Origin: Diplonema japonicum
Taxonomy: Eukaryota > Protista > Euglenozoa: Diplonemea
Direction of reading: 5' to 3'
Length of the DNA stretch: 64,000 bases
Assembly (NCBI GenBank): GCA_964019335.1
Contig: OZ025663.1
Coordinates: 714,127-778,126 of the forward strand
Part shown: positions 26,715 to 37,742 of the stretch, piece by piece
Position numbering within the stretch: position 1 is the first letter of the stretch
How the letters are laid out: every line of letters begins with the position of its first letter
Program-made: the position numbers and the translations under genes
Notes under the pieces: generated by a model
What the model was told of the DNA's origin: nothing
What the model saw: the letters and a program-made list of their open reading frames with translations, nothing else
Database searches by the model: none

Positions 26715-28349
26715 ATGAATGGCAGAGAATGGTTTACAAGTTGGGTATTGTTGCTCCTGCTACTCCCTGTGTGTACGGGGGATTTTCTTGGTTCGCTGGG
26801 CACGCGCAATGCTGATGGCGTGATAGGACTCGCAGTGAAGAAAGCCGCGTTGTATGCAACAAAGGAGGGAGGTAGCTTCAGCGTGTTCAGCATGACGAAT
26901 AAGAACCGGTTGATAAAGGTAGCGTCCGAGCCCCCCGAGCCAGGGGTGCGGAAAGCCCTCCCGCTCCTCATTGACAAGGGGTTTGGCTACATTGCAGACA
27001 GAAAAGAGCTCCTGTTGTATGATCTGACGGACCCTCGCGACTCTATCCTGATCGGCAGGATGCCATTGGAAGCCCCACCAACTACAGTGACAGTACACAG
27101 GTTCCTCATCTTTATATTCTGCGGCAGCAATGTAACCGTTGCTAATGTCGCGAATCCCGAGGCCCCTCAGCACCTGTACACAGCCACCCTCCAGGACAGT
27201 GTCCTGCACTCCCACGCTGCCGACGGAAACATCTATGCCACTACTTCAAACAGCAAGTTACTTGTTTTCAGTGCCACTTCTTGGAAGGACCTCCCCCTGC
27301 TGTCAACGCATACCCTCAAAGATACGGCGTCCTCCATCAAAGGTGACCAAGGCGTCTTCTTCGTCGCCGTGCAGAGTGAAGTGATTGTGTTTAGCGCCGT
27401 GAGCATGTCGCAGCTGAGCCGGGCAGACGCTACCGACACGGTGGTCGATATGTACATCTGCCTCCCGCACGTTTACCTAGCCACTAGCAGGGGCTTAGGT
27501 GTTATTGACGCCAGCAATCCGAAAGAGATCACATTCATTGCCTCGGTGGACACCCCTTCTGCTGTGTCTGTTGTAGTTCATAACAGCATAGCCTATGTGG
27601 CTGATGGATCAACTATTTACATTTTCGATGTCTTCCAACGTACGGCGGTGCCCACGCCTGCCCCCACTCCTCTTCCCACCCCTGTCCCTACACTTTTACC
27701 CACTCCAATCCCAACACCACTTCCCACCCCTGTACCTACCCCTGTACCCACTCCTCTTCCAACAATGAAGGAGCAAGTAATTTGCGGGCTGCAAGCAGAT
27801 TCACATGTGGACTTCAAGATTACGGCGATGGCCCCTGAGACAGCGGGGTGGCTGTATTTAAGTGAATCGAAGTACATCAACGTCCCCACATGGCTCCAGG
27901 GTAGCGAGGCGTACTTTCCGACGAAGCTCATTGTGGCAGGGACTCGACTCTCCTTGTCCTGCTGTGAAGAGACGTGCGTTGCGAGTGTCGTGCTCGAGTC
28001 GGGTACGTGTGCTGGGTCGGGCGGAGGGCTTAGTCCCGCCCTTGTGGGCTGGAACAGAATTCCCTGTGGACCGCAAATACAGGTCAACATCTATGGCAGA
28101 GCATACGACACTGTGGTGTATACAAGAACACTCAGACAGGGCGGAACCACACATCTTGCTTTGACAGATGATGCTCAGTTCGTGAGTTTCAGCATGATGG
28201 ATGGCGCGTTGTGCAGTGGCCTGGATGAGTTAGCTTGTGCAGGTGTGGCTGCTTGCGCATGGAAGGATTTGGCCTGCACCTTGCAGGAGGCGTCGTGCCA
28301 ATCACACACGTCTCGTCTTGAGGAGCGGTGCGCATCAACCGAGGTTTAG
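26715..28349 (+). CDS. Secreted protein: LVIVD-repeat beta-propeller, Pro/Thr linker, Cys-rich C-terminal domain (paralog 1)
   Basis: Signal peptide [13 protein letters not shown]; repeats [31 protein letters not shown]; (PTP)n at 27650-27762; intronless. Confidence 0.75.
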   Translation: MNGREWFTSWVLLLLLLPVCTGDFLGSLGTRNADGVIGLAVKKAALYATKEGGSFSVFSMTNKNRLIKVASEPPEPGVRKALPLLIDKGFGYIADRKELLLYDLTDPRDSILIGRMPLEAPPTTVTVHRFLIFIFCGSNVTVANVANPEAPQHLYTATLQDSVLHSHAADGNIYATTSNSKLLVFSATSWKDLPLLSTHTLKDTASSIKGDQGVFFVAVQSEVIVFSAVSMSQLSRADATDTVVDMYICLPHVYLATSRGLGVIDASNPKEITFIASVDTPSAVSVVVHNSIAYVADGSTIYIFDVFQRTAVPTPAPTPLPTPVPTLLPTPIPTPLPTPVPTPVPTPLPTMKEQVICGLQADSHVDFKITAMAPETAGWLYLSESKYINVPTWLQGSEAYFPTKLIVAGTRLSLSCCEETCVASVVLESGTCAGSGGGLSPALVGWNRIPCGPQIQVNIYGRAYDTVVYTRTLRQGGTTHLALTDDAQFVSFSMMDGALCSGLDELACAGVAACAWKDLACTLQEASCQSHTSRLEERCASTEV

Positions 28350-28408
28350 ATTACTAACTATGACATTGAAACTTCTCTTATTCATTTTTTAAACCAACCA
28401 CAGGAGCA

Positions 28409-30079
28409 ATGTTGCAATATGTCTTTGGCATCTTGGCTCTAGTAGTATGCTGTAGCTGCTCGTATCTGGACCCCATCAACAGTGTTCCTTATCAAGGCAT
28501 CGTGCATGTGAAAGAGGCGAAGGGTGTCATGTTCATCTGTAGAAAGTCTAGTATTGCAATGCTTGGGTTAGGGAACTTGAGGATGCCAGTGCCTGTAATA
28601 GTAGGCGCTCTTGATGCAGAGGAGTGCTCTATGCTAGCAGCTAGCAAGGACTATTTGTATGTCGCCGACAAGAGCGAGATGACAGTCTATGACACTCTCA
28701 ACATAAACGAGCCCCTGAAGGTTGGTGGTATGCCTATCAAGAAAGGTACTGTGGACCGCGTACTCATTTCGGGTACCTTTGCCTACATATTCACGTCTGC
28801 TGGTAAGGAGCATGCGGTTGTTGTCGCGAATATCGCTAACCCCGAAGACCCTGTCAAGGTAGGTTCCTTCCCGCTCAAGGGCAAGATCATAAATGCCTGC
28901 ACTGACGGCCGCACTGTGTTCGCCGTCTCTGATACGAGCTTCATCATCGCGCTCGATGCCACGAAAGCTTACGACTTCGTCATCAGGTCTATCGTTCCCC
29001 TACCTGCAGTGCCCACCTGCATCACGATCTTCAGAGAATTTATTTATGTGGGCATCGGCAGCGAGATCAGGTTCTACAACGTCGATAACGTAAAGCAGTT
29101 GGAAGAGGCTGCGAAGATTGACGTGGGCTCGCCTGTTTCCGACTTGGTGTTTACAAGGGGGAATGTGTATGCTGCGACGGCAGCGGGACTGACCGTGATC
29201 GACGTGAAGGACCCCCGCCGTCCATACGAATCGGGTTTCAGGCACATCGCATCACCTGCGAAGAGCATTGAAGTGTTTGTTGACGTGGCGTACATCGTCA
29301 CGAAAGACGAGAAGCTTGTGATGATCGATGTGATACCGCCCCTCGATATCCCCACCCCTGTGCCAACGGAGGTCAAGTTCAAGCTGCGCTATAATAAAGA
29401 TGATCCAGCAGAGCGTGCCAAGGCGACTGTTATAGATACGTTCCCTAAGATTGACCTTGACGCTGTGGAGATTGACGAGAAGATTCAGGCTTGGCGTGAC
29501 ATTGAGGAGAGTATGTTCATGGATATCCCCGAGTGGCTGGTAGGCGGGACTGCCTACGTGACCACGCAGGTCATCAGGCAGGGGTTGCACATACGCTTCT
29601 CGTGTGCTGACGAGGTTTGCAATGCCTTCGTTTTCCTGGAGCACTGCCTTCCGTGCTCCACAGCAAGCAACGGGGGGCTGCCTAGCATTTTAATTACTGA
29701 CGGGTGGGTGCCCTCTTCTTGCGGGCCGAGGTTTAGATTGGCACCAAAAAGAGCACCGCACTCGACCGTGATTTTTAGAAAACAATTCAAGAAGGGTCAG
29801 ATTAGTGTTCTCCCCCCCCTTACAAAGGATGCAAGGTTTGCGTCATTTGCCATTAAGGTAGGGAGGAGGATCTGCAACGAGATTTCTGAGAAGGAGCAGT
29901 GCACGTCGAAGTACCTGCTTTGTGACTGGGACGAAGCGGCTGGTGGGTGTGTCCCGAAGATTAAACGATGCCCGCGAAGGAACACAGTCCCTCAACTCTT
30001 CCTTCAGACAGAAGCATTGAACTGCACAAAGTGTGCTGAGATGGAGCTGAGTGTTGAAGCATTGAGGGATGTAATTTAA
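28409..30079 (+). CDS. Secreted LVIVD-repeat propeller + Cys-rich domain protein (paralog 2)
   Basis: Signal peptide; YLYVAD, VANIANP, LTVIDVKDP; EHCLPCS...NGGLPSIL...GWVPSSCGP; intronless. Confidence 0.75.
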   Translation: MLQYVFGILALVVCCSCSYLDPINSVPYQGIVHVKEAKGVMFICRKSSIAMLGLGNLRMPVPVIVGALDAEECSMLAASKDYLYVADKSEMTVYDTLNINEPLKVGGMPIKKGTVDRVLISGTFAYIFTSAGKEHAVVVANIANPEDPVKVGSFPLKGKIINACTDGRTVFAVSDTSFIIALDATKAYDFVIRSIVPLPAVPTCITIFREFIYVGIGSEIRFYNVDNVKQLEEAAKIDVGSPVSDLVFTRGNVYAATAAGLTVIDVKDPRRPYESGFRHIASPAKSIEVFVDVAYIVTKDEKLVMIDVIPPLDIPTPVPTEVKFKLRYNKDDPAERAKATVIDTFPKIDLDAVEIDEKIQAWRDIEESMFMDIPEWLVGGTAYVTTQVIRQGLHIRFSCADEVCNAFVFLEHCLPCSTASNGGLPSILITDGWVPSSCGPRFRLAPKRAPHSTVIFRKQFKKGQISVLPPLTKDARFASFAIKVGRRICNEISEKEQCTSKYLLCDWDEAAGGCVPKIKRCPRRNTVPQLFLQTEALNCTKCAEMELSVEALRDVI

Positions 30080-30250
30080 GATCTGTAGTTCCTCTTAATT
30101 TTGTCCTGGAAGAAAAGTGTCCCGGAAAAGAAATGTCCGGAAGAACTGTGTACCCTTTTTCTCGGGATGCCATTAAGATATTTACAGTACTTGCATTCTT
30201 TTTATTTTCATGCGTTTCATCTCATCACATGCAGCTTTACCACCAAAGAA

Positions 30251-31165
30251 ATGTTGAAGTATTTGCTCGCAGGCATCCAATGGATGATGAAGAAGATCCT
30301 GAAGATTCCCGTTTTGGGTTACTACTTCGATCTAATCTTCTTAGCGTGCAACTCCATTCTGCCAACAGGTGCCGGAGTGTTTGTTGCAAAAGGTATTGAG
30401 AAGTGTAACAGGCCGAAGAAGATGCTCATCCTGTATGAGTTCGAGGCTTGTCCATTCTGTAGGAAGGTGAGAGAGACCCTGACAGCGCTGGACTTGGACG
30501 TGCTTGTGTACCCTTGTCCTAGGGAGACACTGGCTAGCTACGGGTACGTGAAGGACTCGAGGTACAGGACCGAGGTGCTGAAGTTGGGAGGGAAGGCGCA
30601 GTTCCCTCTGCTCATTGACGAGAACGAGATGGTGGACGGCAAGCCCATGCAGATGTATGACTCAGGGAAGATCGTGGAGTACCTGTGGGAGAAGTACGGC
30701 AATGAAGCTACGAAGCCCCTCAGCTACCGGATGGGAAGCAACTCAAAGCTGGGTTTCATTATAACATTGGTGTTGGTTGTATACAGGGCGCTCCCCGAGC
30801 ACGGGATGCTGAGGATGCCTTCCAAGATGCCGGAGAAGCCCCTTGAGCTGTATTCCTTCGAGTCCTCGCCTTTTGCCAAGAAGGTCCGTGAGGTCCTGTG
30901 CTGTTTGGAACTCCCGCACGTCGTGCGCCACATCGGAAAGGGTTCTAGCAAGAGAGAAGCGTTCAAGGAGCAGTACGGGAAGTACATCAGCAGCACGCGT
31001 AACTCAGTGGGCATGATCATTGTCCCCATGCTGGTTGACCCCAACACTGGCGTCACGATGATTGAGTCAGAGGACATCAAGCAGTACCTTTTGAAAACGT
31101 ATAAAGCAGGTGAGTGTGCTTCCTCATCAATCCTCGAGTACACACAAAAAGGGAAGTCTGACTAG
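30251..31165 (+). CDS. Tandem GST-N/glutaredoxin-like domain protein
   Basis: LYEFEACPFCRKVRE...QFPLLIDEN...YDSGKIVEYL and LYSFESSPFAKKVRE...VPMLVDPNTG...ESEDIKQYL; the second domain lacks CxxC; intronless. Confidence 0.85.
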   Translation: MLKYLLAGIQWMMKKILKIPVLGYYFDLIFLACNSILPTGAGVFVAKGIEKCNRPKKMLILYEFEACPFCRKVRETLTALDLDVLVYPCPRETLASYGYVKDSRYRTEVLKLGGKAQFPLLIDENEMVDGKPMQMYDSGKIVEYLWEKYGNEATKPLSYRMGSNSKLGFIITLVLVVYRALPEHGMLRMPSKMPEKPLELYSFESSPFAKKVREVLCCLELPHVVRHIGKGSSKREAFKEQYGKYISSTRNSVGMIIVPMLVDPNTGVTMIESEDIKQYLLKTYKAGECASSSILEYTQKGKSD

Positions 31166-31556
31166 ACCCGATCTTGAAGCGTTACTGGACACCGGAGCCC
31201 TCCATCCTCTGGACAGTGGGAAGGGCATCGAAGTCTCCAGTTGTCTGCTTCGTTTTTTTTTGCATGTATTGTTTATCTCGCATCGTGTTGATTGTCGCAA
31301 AAGCGTGTGAAAACAAAATTGCCTCGTAATTATTTTTTTGTGGACTCGTCACTCTCTGCGAGTCGCGACATTTTCCCCCTGTTGAGTTAATTTATTTTGA
31401 AGAAACAAGAGAGCAGGAGGGCACAATCTCTTAGCTCATCATTTTTGTTTACCGATGCACACAAACAGACCTTGTGTGCAGTTTCTTTTTTAACCCTTTC
31501 AAGACGCTTTTTTGTTATCCCGAATTTATTACATTAATTCCATCACAGGCCAGTAA

Positions 31557-33356
31557 ATGTCTTCACTCAGCAGGACAGGTGCGTTGTTTGTGTTATGCAC
31601 GCAGGTGGCACTAACTTCGTGTGCGTACCTGGACTTGGCAGGGGAGGTGCCATTCCCGAAGGCAAGGGAGTTGAGGATTGCCGAGCGAAGGTCAGAATTC
31701 ATGCTGTCATGTGGGAATGAGCTGATGCTGCTGGAAATGGGGGACCTCAGGCGGCCTAAACCTGAAGTAGTAAAAAGGGTAGCGTACAGTGCAACAGCCT
31801 TTCGGAATATTGTGGTAAACGAAGACGAGGTTGTCGTGTCAAACGAGCAGACAGTGCTGCTGATGCGTGCAGAGAAGGACGACGTGACTGTAGTGGGCGG
31901 GAGCAGCATCACCGACTCAAAAGTAACAATAGCGGTGTCTGTTGGGGACAAGATCTTTGTCTTCGTCAACAGCAAGGGAGATACACGTGCCAGGGTGGAT
32001 ATCTTCCAGAAGTCAGAGGACGGTGACTTGAAGACATTGAAGGCATCCATCAAGCTCATCGGAGAGGTGATCGACGTTGTGACCAACGAGGCCATGGTTT
32101 ATGCCATTTCCAGCGTTGGTTACATAATGGTCTTCGACTCCACCAAGACAGATGGCTACACGCTGCGCTCCATCACCCCGACGCTTCAGAAGCCCACATG
32201 TCTCACCATGTTCAGGGACTTCATCTACGTTGGTGTAGGTAATGAACTCCGCGCCTACTTCGTGCACCCCACTGGAAACCTGGAGGAGGCCTCGCGGTTT
32301 ACCGTCAACGCTCAAGTGCGGGATGTCGCCTTTACAAGAGGGAACATCTATGCCGCCACATCGGAGGGGCTTACAATCATTGACGTGAAGGACCCCCGCC
32401 GTCCCTACGAGTCGGGATTCAGGCGTATTTCATCACCTGCGAAGAGTATCGAGGTGCACATCGACATTGCGTACATCGTAACTGAGAACGAGCATCTCGT
32501 GATGATTGACGTGGTGCCACCCGTCAACGAGGTACTGCTGGTGGCCACACCCACACCTACTGCGGCACCAAAGAAGGCCGCCGTATGGATCCCCACCAAC
32601 GAGGATGTTTACGAGACGACTGTCTCAGGTAGTGCGCCCTTCACGATGGTAGATGTGGACAATGGCATTGGTGCTTGGAGCGATCTGTTTGGTAGCCAGT
32701 TCTTCGACTTCCCCGAATGGCTCATGGGCAGCAAGGCCTTTGTTGCTCCGAGCTCTATTGCGAAGGACACCAAACTGCACATTGCGTGTGCAGACATAGT
32801 CTGCAACGTGTTTATCTTCTTTGAACACTGCCTGCCGTGCTCGGCCTCGAGTAACGGGGGATTGCCCAGCATCCTAGTGAGCGATGGATGGGTCCCTTCT
32901 TCGTGCGGACCGAAGTTCAGGCTGCGCAAGAACAGCGCACCGCATTCGACCATAATCTTCAGGAAGCAGATACGAAAGGGGACCACTACTGTGCTGCCCG
33001 GTCTTTCAAAGGACGCCCGGTTTGTCGGCTTTGCGGTGAAAGAGGGGAGAACCATGTGCGAAGCAATTAGCTCGGAGGCGGAGTGTAACACAGGGACATT
33101 CTTGTGCAAATGGGACGAGGTGGTTGGGGGCTGCATGCCGAAGGTGACGAGCTGCAAGATTAGTAAGAAAGCTGGTATTACTTTAGCGCCGACGCCACGT
33201 CCGTCAAAGGTGCCAGACGAGCCAGTTAAGCCTGTAGAGGTGCGCGTGAGGGAGGTCAAGGTGCTGGAGGTGGTGCCACCTCGGCAAGCACCACCACCAC
33301 GCCAACCTGCTCCACCACCTTCGGGTGCAACATGCACATGTGCAGCTTTCGAGTAG
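31557..33356 (+). CDS. Secreted LVIVD-repeat propeller + Cys-rich domain protein (paralog 3)
   Basis: Shares FTRGN.YAAT..GLT.IDVKDPRRPYESGFR.I.SPAKSIEV and EHCLPCS..SNGGLPSIL..DGWVPSSCGP with paralog 2; intronless. Confidence 0.75.
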   Translation: MSSLSRTGALFVLCTQVALTSCAYLDLAGEVPFPKARELRIAERRSEFMLSCGNELMLLEMGDLRRPKPEVVKRVAYSATAFRNIVVNEDEVVVSNEQTVLLMRAEKDDVTVVGGSSITDSKVTIAVSVGDKIFVFVNSKGDTRARVDIFQKSEDGDLKTLKASIKLIGEVIDVVTNEAMVYAISSVGYIMVFDSTKTDGYTLRSITPTLQKPTCLTMFRDFIYVGVGNELRAYFVHPTGNLEEASRFTVNAQVRDVAFTRGNIYAATSEGLTIIDVKDPRRPYESGFRRISSPAKSIEVHIDIAYIVTENEHLVMIDVVPPVNEVLLVATPTPTAAPKKAAVWIPTNEDVYETTVSGSAPFTMVDVDNGIGAWSDLFGSQFFDFPEWLMGSKAFVAPSSIAKDTKLHIACADIVCNVFIFFEHCLPCSASSNGGLPSILVSDGWVPSSCGPKFRLRKNSAPHSTIIFRKQIRKGTTTVLPGLSKDARFVGFAVKEGRTMCEAISSEAECNTGTFLCKWDEVVGGCMPKVTSCKISKKAGITLAPTPRPSKVPDEPVKPVEVRVREVKVLEVVPPRQAPPPRQPAPPPSGATCTCAAFE

Positions 33357-33919
33357 CCTCACCAGACACAGCAACGTCAGGATGAGGCTCTGACTACCAT
33401 CACAACCGACTACAACTGCTCTCAATATCACCCCCCCCCCCCCCCCCCCCCCCTCATTAGTACTTGTTGTTTTTGTGCCGAGCATAGTAATTTATTTCAC
33501 TTTCTTTATTATTTTTACATTGTTTTCCTACCTCTCGCACTTTCTTCTTTTTTCTTTTTTTCTTTTTTTTTTTCCCTTTTTTTTTTTTTGCTCGAGCGAA
33601 AAGCAAAAACGACAAGTTCAAAACTATTATTTTACTCCCTCCCGCGTCCCCGCTCTATTCTTCTTGCGTTTATGTTACTCCCATTCCCTATTCTTTTCCC
33701 CTATTTTCACCCCTTTTTTTCCTTTCAAGCTATTCATCGGCGCCTTCAAGCTGATTGAATGCACCTGTTGTCCTCTGCCCGTGCCGCCTTCAGGCGACAC
33801 CCTCGCACAAGGACAGCAGTGCGTTACGGCCTCCGATGCTTAGCAGCGGACGGGGCCCAGAGCTTTTTCCTTTATCTTTTCATATATTCTCTCTTCCCTC
33901 TTTATTATTTTTTTTTATG

Positions 33920-34400
33920 ATCAACTTGGACGGACGAGACATGTGGCACCACCTCATTGTGGTATATTGCCACTCGGGAAGTTACGGCAAACACCAGCGT
34001 GAGTCACTTTTGAACAAGGCGCTGAACGAGATGAGGTGTGCCCTGGGTGATGTTCCTATCATCGTCGCAGGGGACCTAAACACCGAGGTGTCGCAATCAG
34101 GTGTACTACAGCGGTTGGGTGTGACTGGGTGGATGCAGCAGCACTGCAGGCCGAGAAAGACGGGGTAAGGCCGAGCCACACCTTTGTGAGGAGAGCCACT
34201 GACACAAAGACACATGAACCCGATCGCTGCGGCGGAACTACAGAAGGCGTGGGTCCACGACACGGCGTATACCAACGAACACAGATGCTCTCCATCAAAC
34301 TGTATCCCTACTCTCAAGAGCAAGACACGCAAGTACTTCATCCCGAAGGAACTGCCGGACTGCCGGTGTCGACTGCTAGTGATGACCACGTGATTGAGCT
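33920..34400 (+). pseudogene. Degenerate fragment of an APE-type (EEP) endonuclease from a LINE-like retrotransposon
   Basis: HLIVVYCHSG and VPIIVAGDLNT resemble LINE APE motifs (xxxxxY.P, IIxGDFN); the frame breaks shortly after; GC-richer island in an AT-rich spacer. Confidence 0.5.
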
Positions 34401-37400
34401 GCTACACCCGCACACCGAAATTTATCAAAAAAGTTTTTCGTTGCAAATCGTTACCGTATTTTAAAGTATGAAATACTTACGACTGATGTCCCTAAACCGC
34501 CTAAGGCCATAGAGAATATGTTCTGAAAGATGGGTGTCATTCTATACTCTAAAAAAACATGGTTTTTTTCTTCTTCTTTTGCTTTTTCTTTTCGAGTTTT
34601 TTTGAGTCAAGTACTTTACAAGTTTAAAATACGGCAACGAATCTTTTTACCCCCCCCCCCCCCCCACATACTAGTTTAGCGCTTCATTAGTTTGTGCACG
34701 AGACACTAGCAAAATTAAAAAAGAAGATTCTGTATTCCCCCCCCCCCCCCCCCCACCCCCTTCTGAGGGAAAAGGATAAGATGTTCACTCTTAGAACATA
34801 TGAAATGAATAAAAAAGAATTAAAAAAGAAAATAAGAAAATTATTTCAAGGCTGTTTACGGCCTTTTTTTTTTTCTTCCCCCTACTCCCCGAAACAAGAC
34901 ATTCGCTGATCTCAGTTATTTTGCTACACCTGTCATCGCTCTTAGCAGCATGTCATACCACTCTGAGTGATGCCGTTTCCCCCGGACGCCTGCGAAGCAT
35001 TTTACTTAACCCTTCCCGCCTTTTGTTTAGTAGAGATAGTGGCTTTCGTACTTAGAGAGGTCGCTTGCCTCTCCATGCCCCTTACGTGGAAGGATTGGAC
35101 TTTTGTTTTCTAAAAGTAAGGGCGAATACTACTTTAATTCTCACCAATTGCAAATCATCTTTATTTTTATTATTATTTTTTTAAAAATATTTTCATTGTA
35201 GATAACTTAGGAAGAAGGTTTTTATCTTCAATAAAACAGGAATTAAGGTCTTCTTTTTCTCAAAGATTCTTATTGAAGAAGAAAAAATAAGGAAGGGAAA
35301 ACTGGTGCAACTCAAAAAAAAAAAAAAAAAAAAAAAAAAAGAAAATAAAAAGAAGAAGAGGGCATCTTCTTGAAATCAGAACATTGAGCATATTGTCGTC
35401 ATCGAGAAGAGCCTCTTAGCCCAACCATTAGCGTACTTCGTCCATTACAGACAACAGAAAACGTAAATTTTATCATTTTCTTGGGCGATTGTACCAATCA
35501 GACCTACCTTTCCTCTTGAAAAGAAAAGAAAAAAAAAGAAAAGGAAGCTAAAAAGAAGACAAATAAGGATTTATCTTTACTATTAAAAGGAGTATTAGTC
35601 AAACTTTTGATATTTTTTTCAAAGCACATATTGTCTATCAGCCCTTCTGGCTGAAAGAAAAAAGAAGGAAACAAAAGAAAGAAAAGAAAGAAAGAAAGAA
35701 AGAAACTCCAAGCCCCATCATCACAAAATCCGGTCCCCCCCCCCTTTTTTTTACCCCGTCCCTAAGAATGAAAAAGGAAATACAGAATCTCCTTCCCCCT
35801 TCCTTCCCTGCTGTTTATTTTAGAAGAGCGACAAGTTCAAACTATTTTTTTTTTCTAACATACGTACCACCAAACATACAACATCCTTTTTTTTTTCTTC
35901 TTTTTTTTTTTTTTCCCCTTGCTGCAAAGTGAAAAAGTGCAGGACCTAGCAAATGTCCGAGTTTTTTGGGTGTTTGGGAATGAGTCTTGTCGACCAGTTT
36001 CTGTCCGGAGATTCTTCTCAAAGGCTCTGAAGGCCGCTGGAGGAGCTTTTTTTGGGCGTCCGTGAATTTGTTCAAATTTTTCACTTTTCAGTGTGTTCCG
36101 TTCTCAAAGAGAAGACCGATCAATTTTATTTTTTGATGGTTGTCATCATGGTTTTGCAGTGATTATATTTTTTCCAAAGAACGAGACTTGACGTGCCTTT
36201 AGACAGGAAGGGAACGTTGGCTACGTGTTTACTGGGTCGTGCTTCTCCACGCCTACCCCCACCGGCCCACGGCACGTACAGACTAGTTCCTCTTTATTCC
36301 TGTTTAAAGGTAGGGTGCGCCCGTACTTTCCCTCCCCTGTGTCTTCGCCTTTTTTTTTTGAGAGTTAATTCAGCAATACTGTGATAGTTACATAAAAGAT
36401 TTTTTTAAGTCACAAGAAAGAAGAGAAAAAAAGAAAAAAGAAACGCAAAAAAGAAAAGGAGGACAGAAAGAAGAAAAAGAAAGAAAAGAAAAGTGTATCT
36501 ATTTTCTTTGACGGAGGAAGAAGAACTGAGAGTAGCTTGCCCAAAAAACGAAAATGGGCCCTCGAAGAAAAAATAGGAAAATGGGTACAAGCAGATAATT
36601 GCCATGTTCTAGATTTTTTGGCACCCCCCCCCTTTGTTTTGGTATTTTCGTTTTGAAATAAAATGTTGCAAGGAGGTAAGGACAGAGGGGTTCGAAAGCA
36701 CGCACCACCACGTAGAAGTTTTGTAGACAGAACAAGATAAAGGATGACAAATATTTGTTTTTGAGTCTTGTTTTTTTCTTTCGCCCGTGACCTTATACCT
36801 TGCTTGCATTCTGTCTTCCAACTATTTTATTTCAGGTTATTTTCTTTCATCTGCTGGATTTGGGTTTATTATGTACCGTATTAAAATGGACCCTTTTCGG
36901 ATATTTTACAATTTGGGACTTTATACGGTTCATAATCCAAGTCGGTCGTTTATCTCTCTCCTATGCCCTTTGAAAGAAGGAAAGTAGAAAAAGAAAAGCC
37001 CAAAGAAAGAAAGATCTATTTTCTTTTGTGAGTGTCTTTTGTTCCCCCCCCGCTACGAGACTTCTTTTCTTCATTGTTTGAAGGTCAAAGGGATGCCACC
37101 ACGTACTAGTAGTAGTGCAAGAAGTAGTTTATCCCTCTTTTGGTAGGAAGGTCTCTTCCTTTCATCTTCTTGTTTACTGTTGTATTTTTTTCCTTCCCCC
37201 CCCTCTTTTCTTATGTTCTTCCCCATACACTCCTCGTGAGCAATGTCACAAGATACCTTAAGAGTTTCCAAACGAAAGAAGCATTGGTGTAGGTGTGTGG
37301 GACTATGCTCGCCGCAGCCCCCTCCTTCAGTCGGGGAGTTCTCCTTCTGCACCCCCTGAGGAGCCGACTTTCTTGTGCCTCGCTTAAATATACTCGGTAT

Positions 37401-37742
37401 AATAAGGAGGTAGGAGGTCTTTTGGAGCATTCGTTTCTCATTTTCCCGTTTTTTTATGGGGGAATCAGCATCCTTTTATTCATCGAAGGCACTCGGGCCT
37501 CAAGAAGCCACTGTTCTTTAAGTAGATCGCTCAGCACTGGCTTGCTTTTGTGCCCTTGCGAAGTGTCGTTATGTGGGGCTGTGCGAACCCAGGTGCCAGC
37601 ATCTGTGGTATCTTACTTCTGTAGTGTTGCTTCCAACCCTCCCCCCTTCCCCTTCCCCTTCCCCTCCCCTCCTTGTTCACACGCAGTTATGTCGTCGTGT
37701 ACTCTTTTATTCTTTTTTTTCTAGCATCTTTTTGTCAATGCA

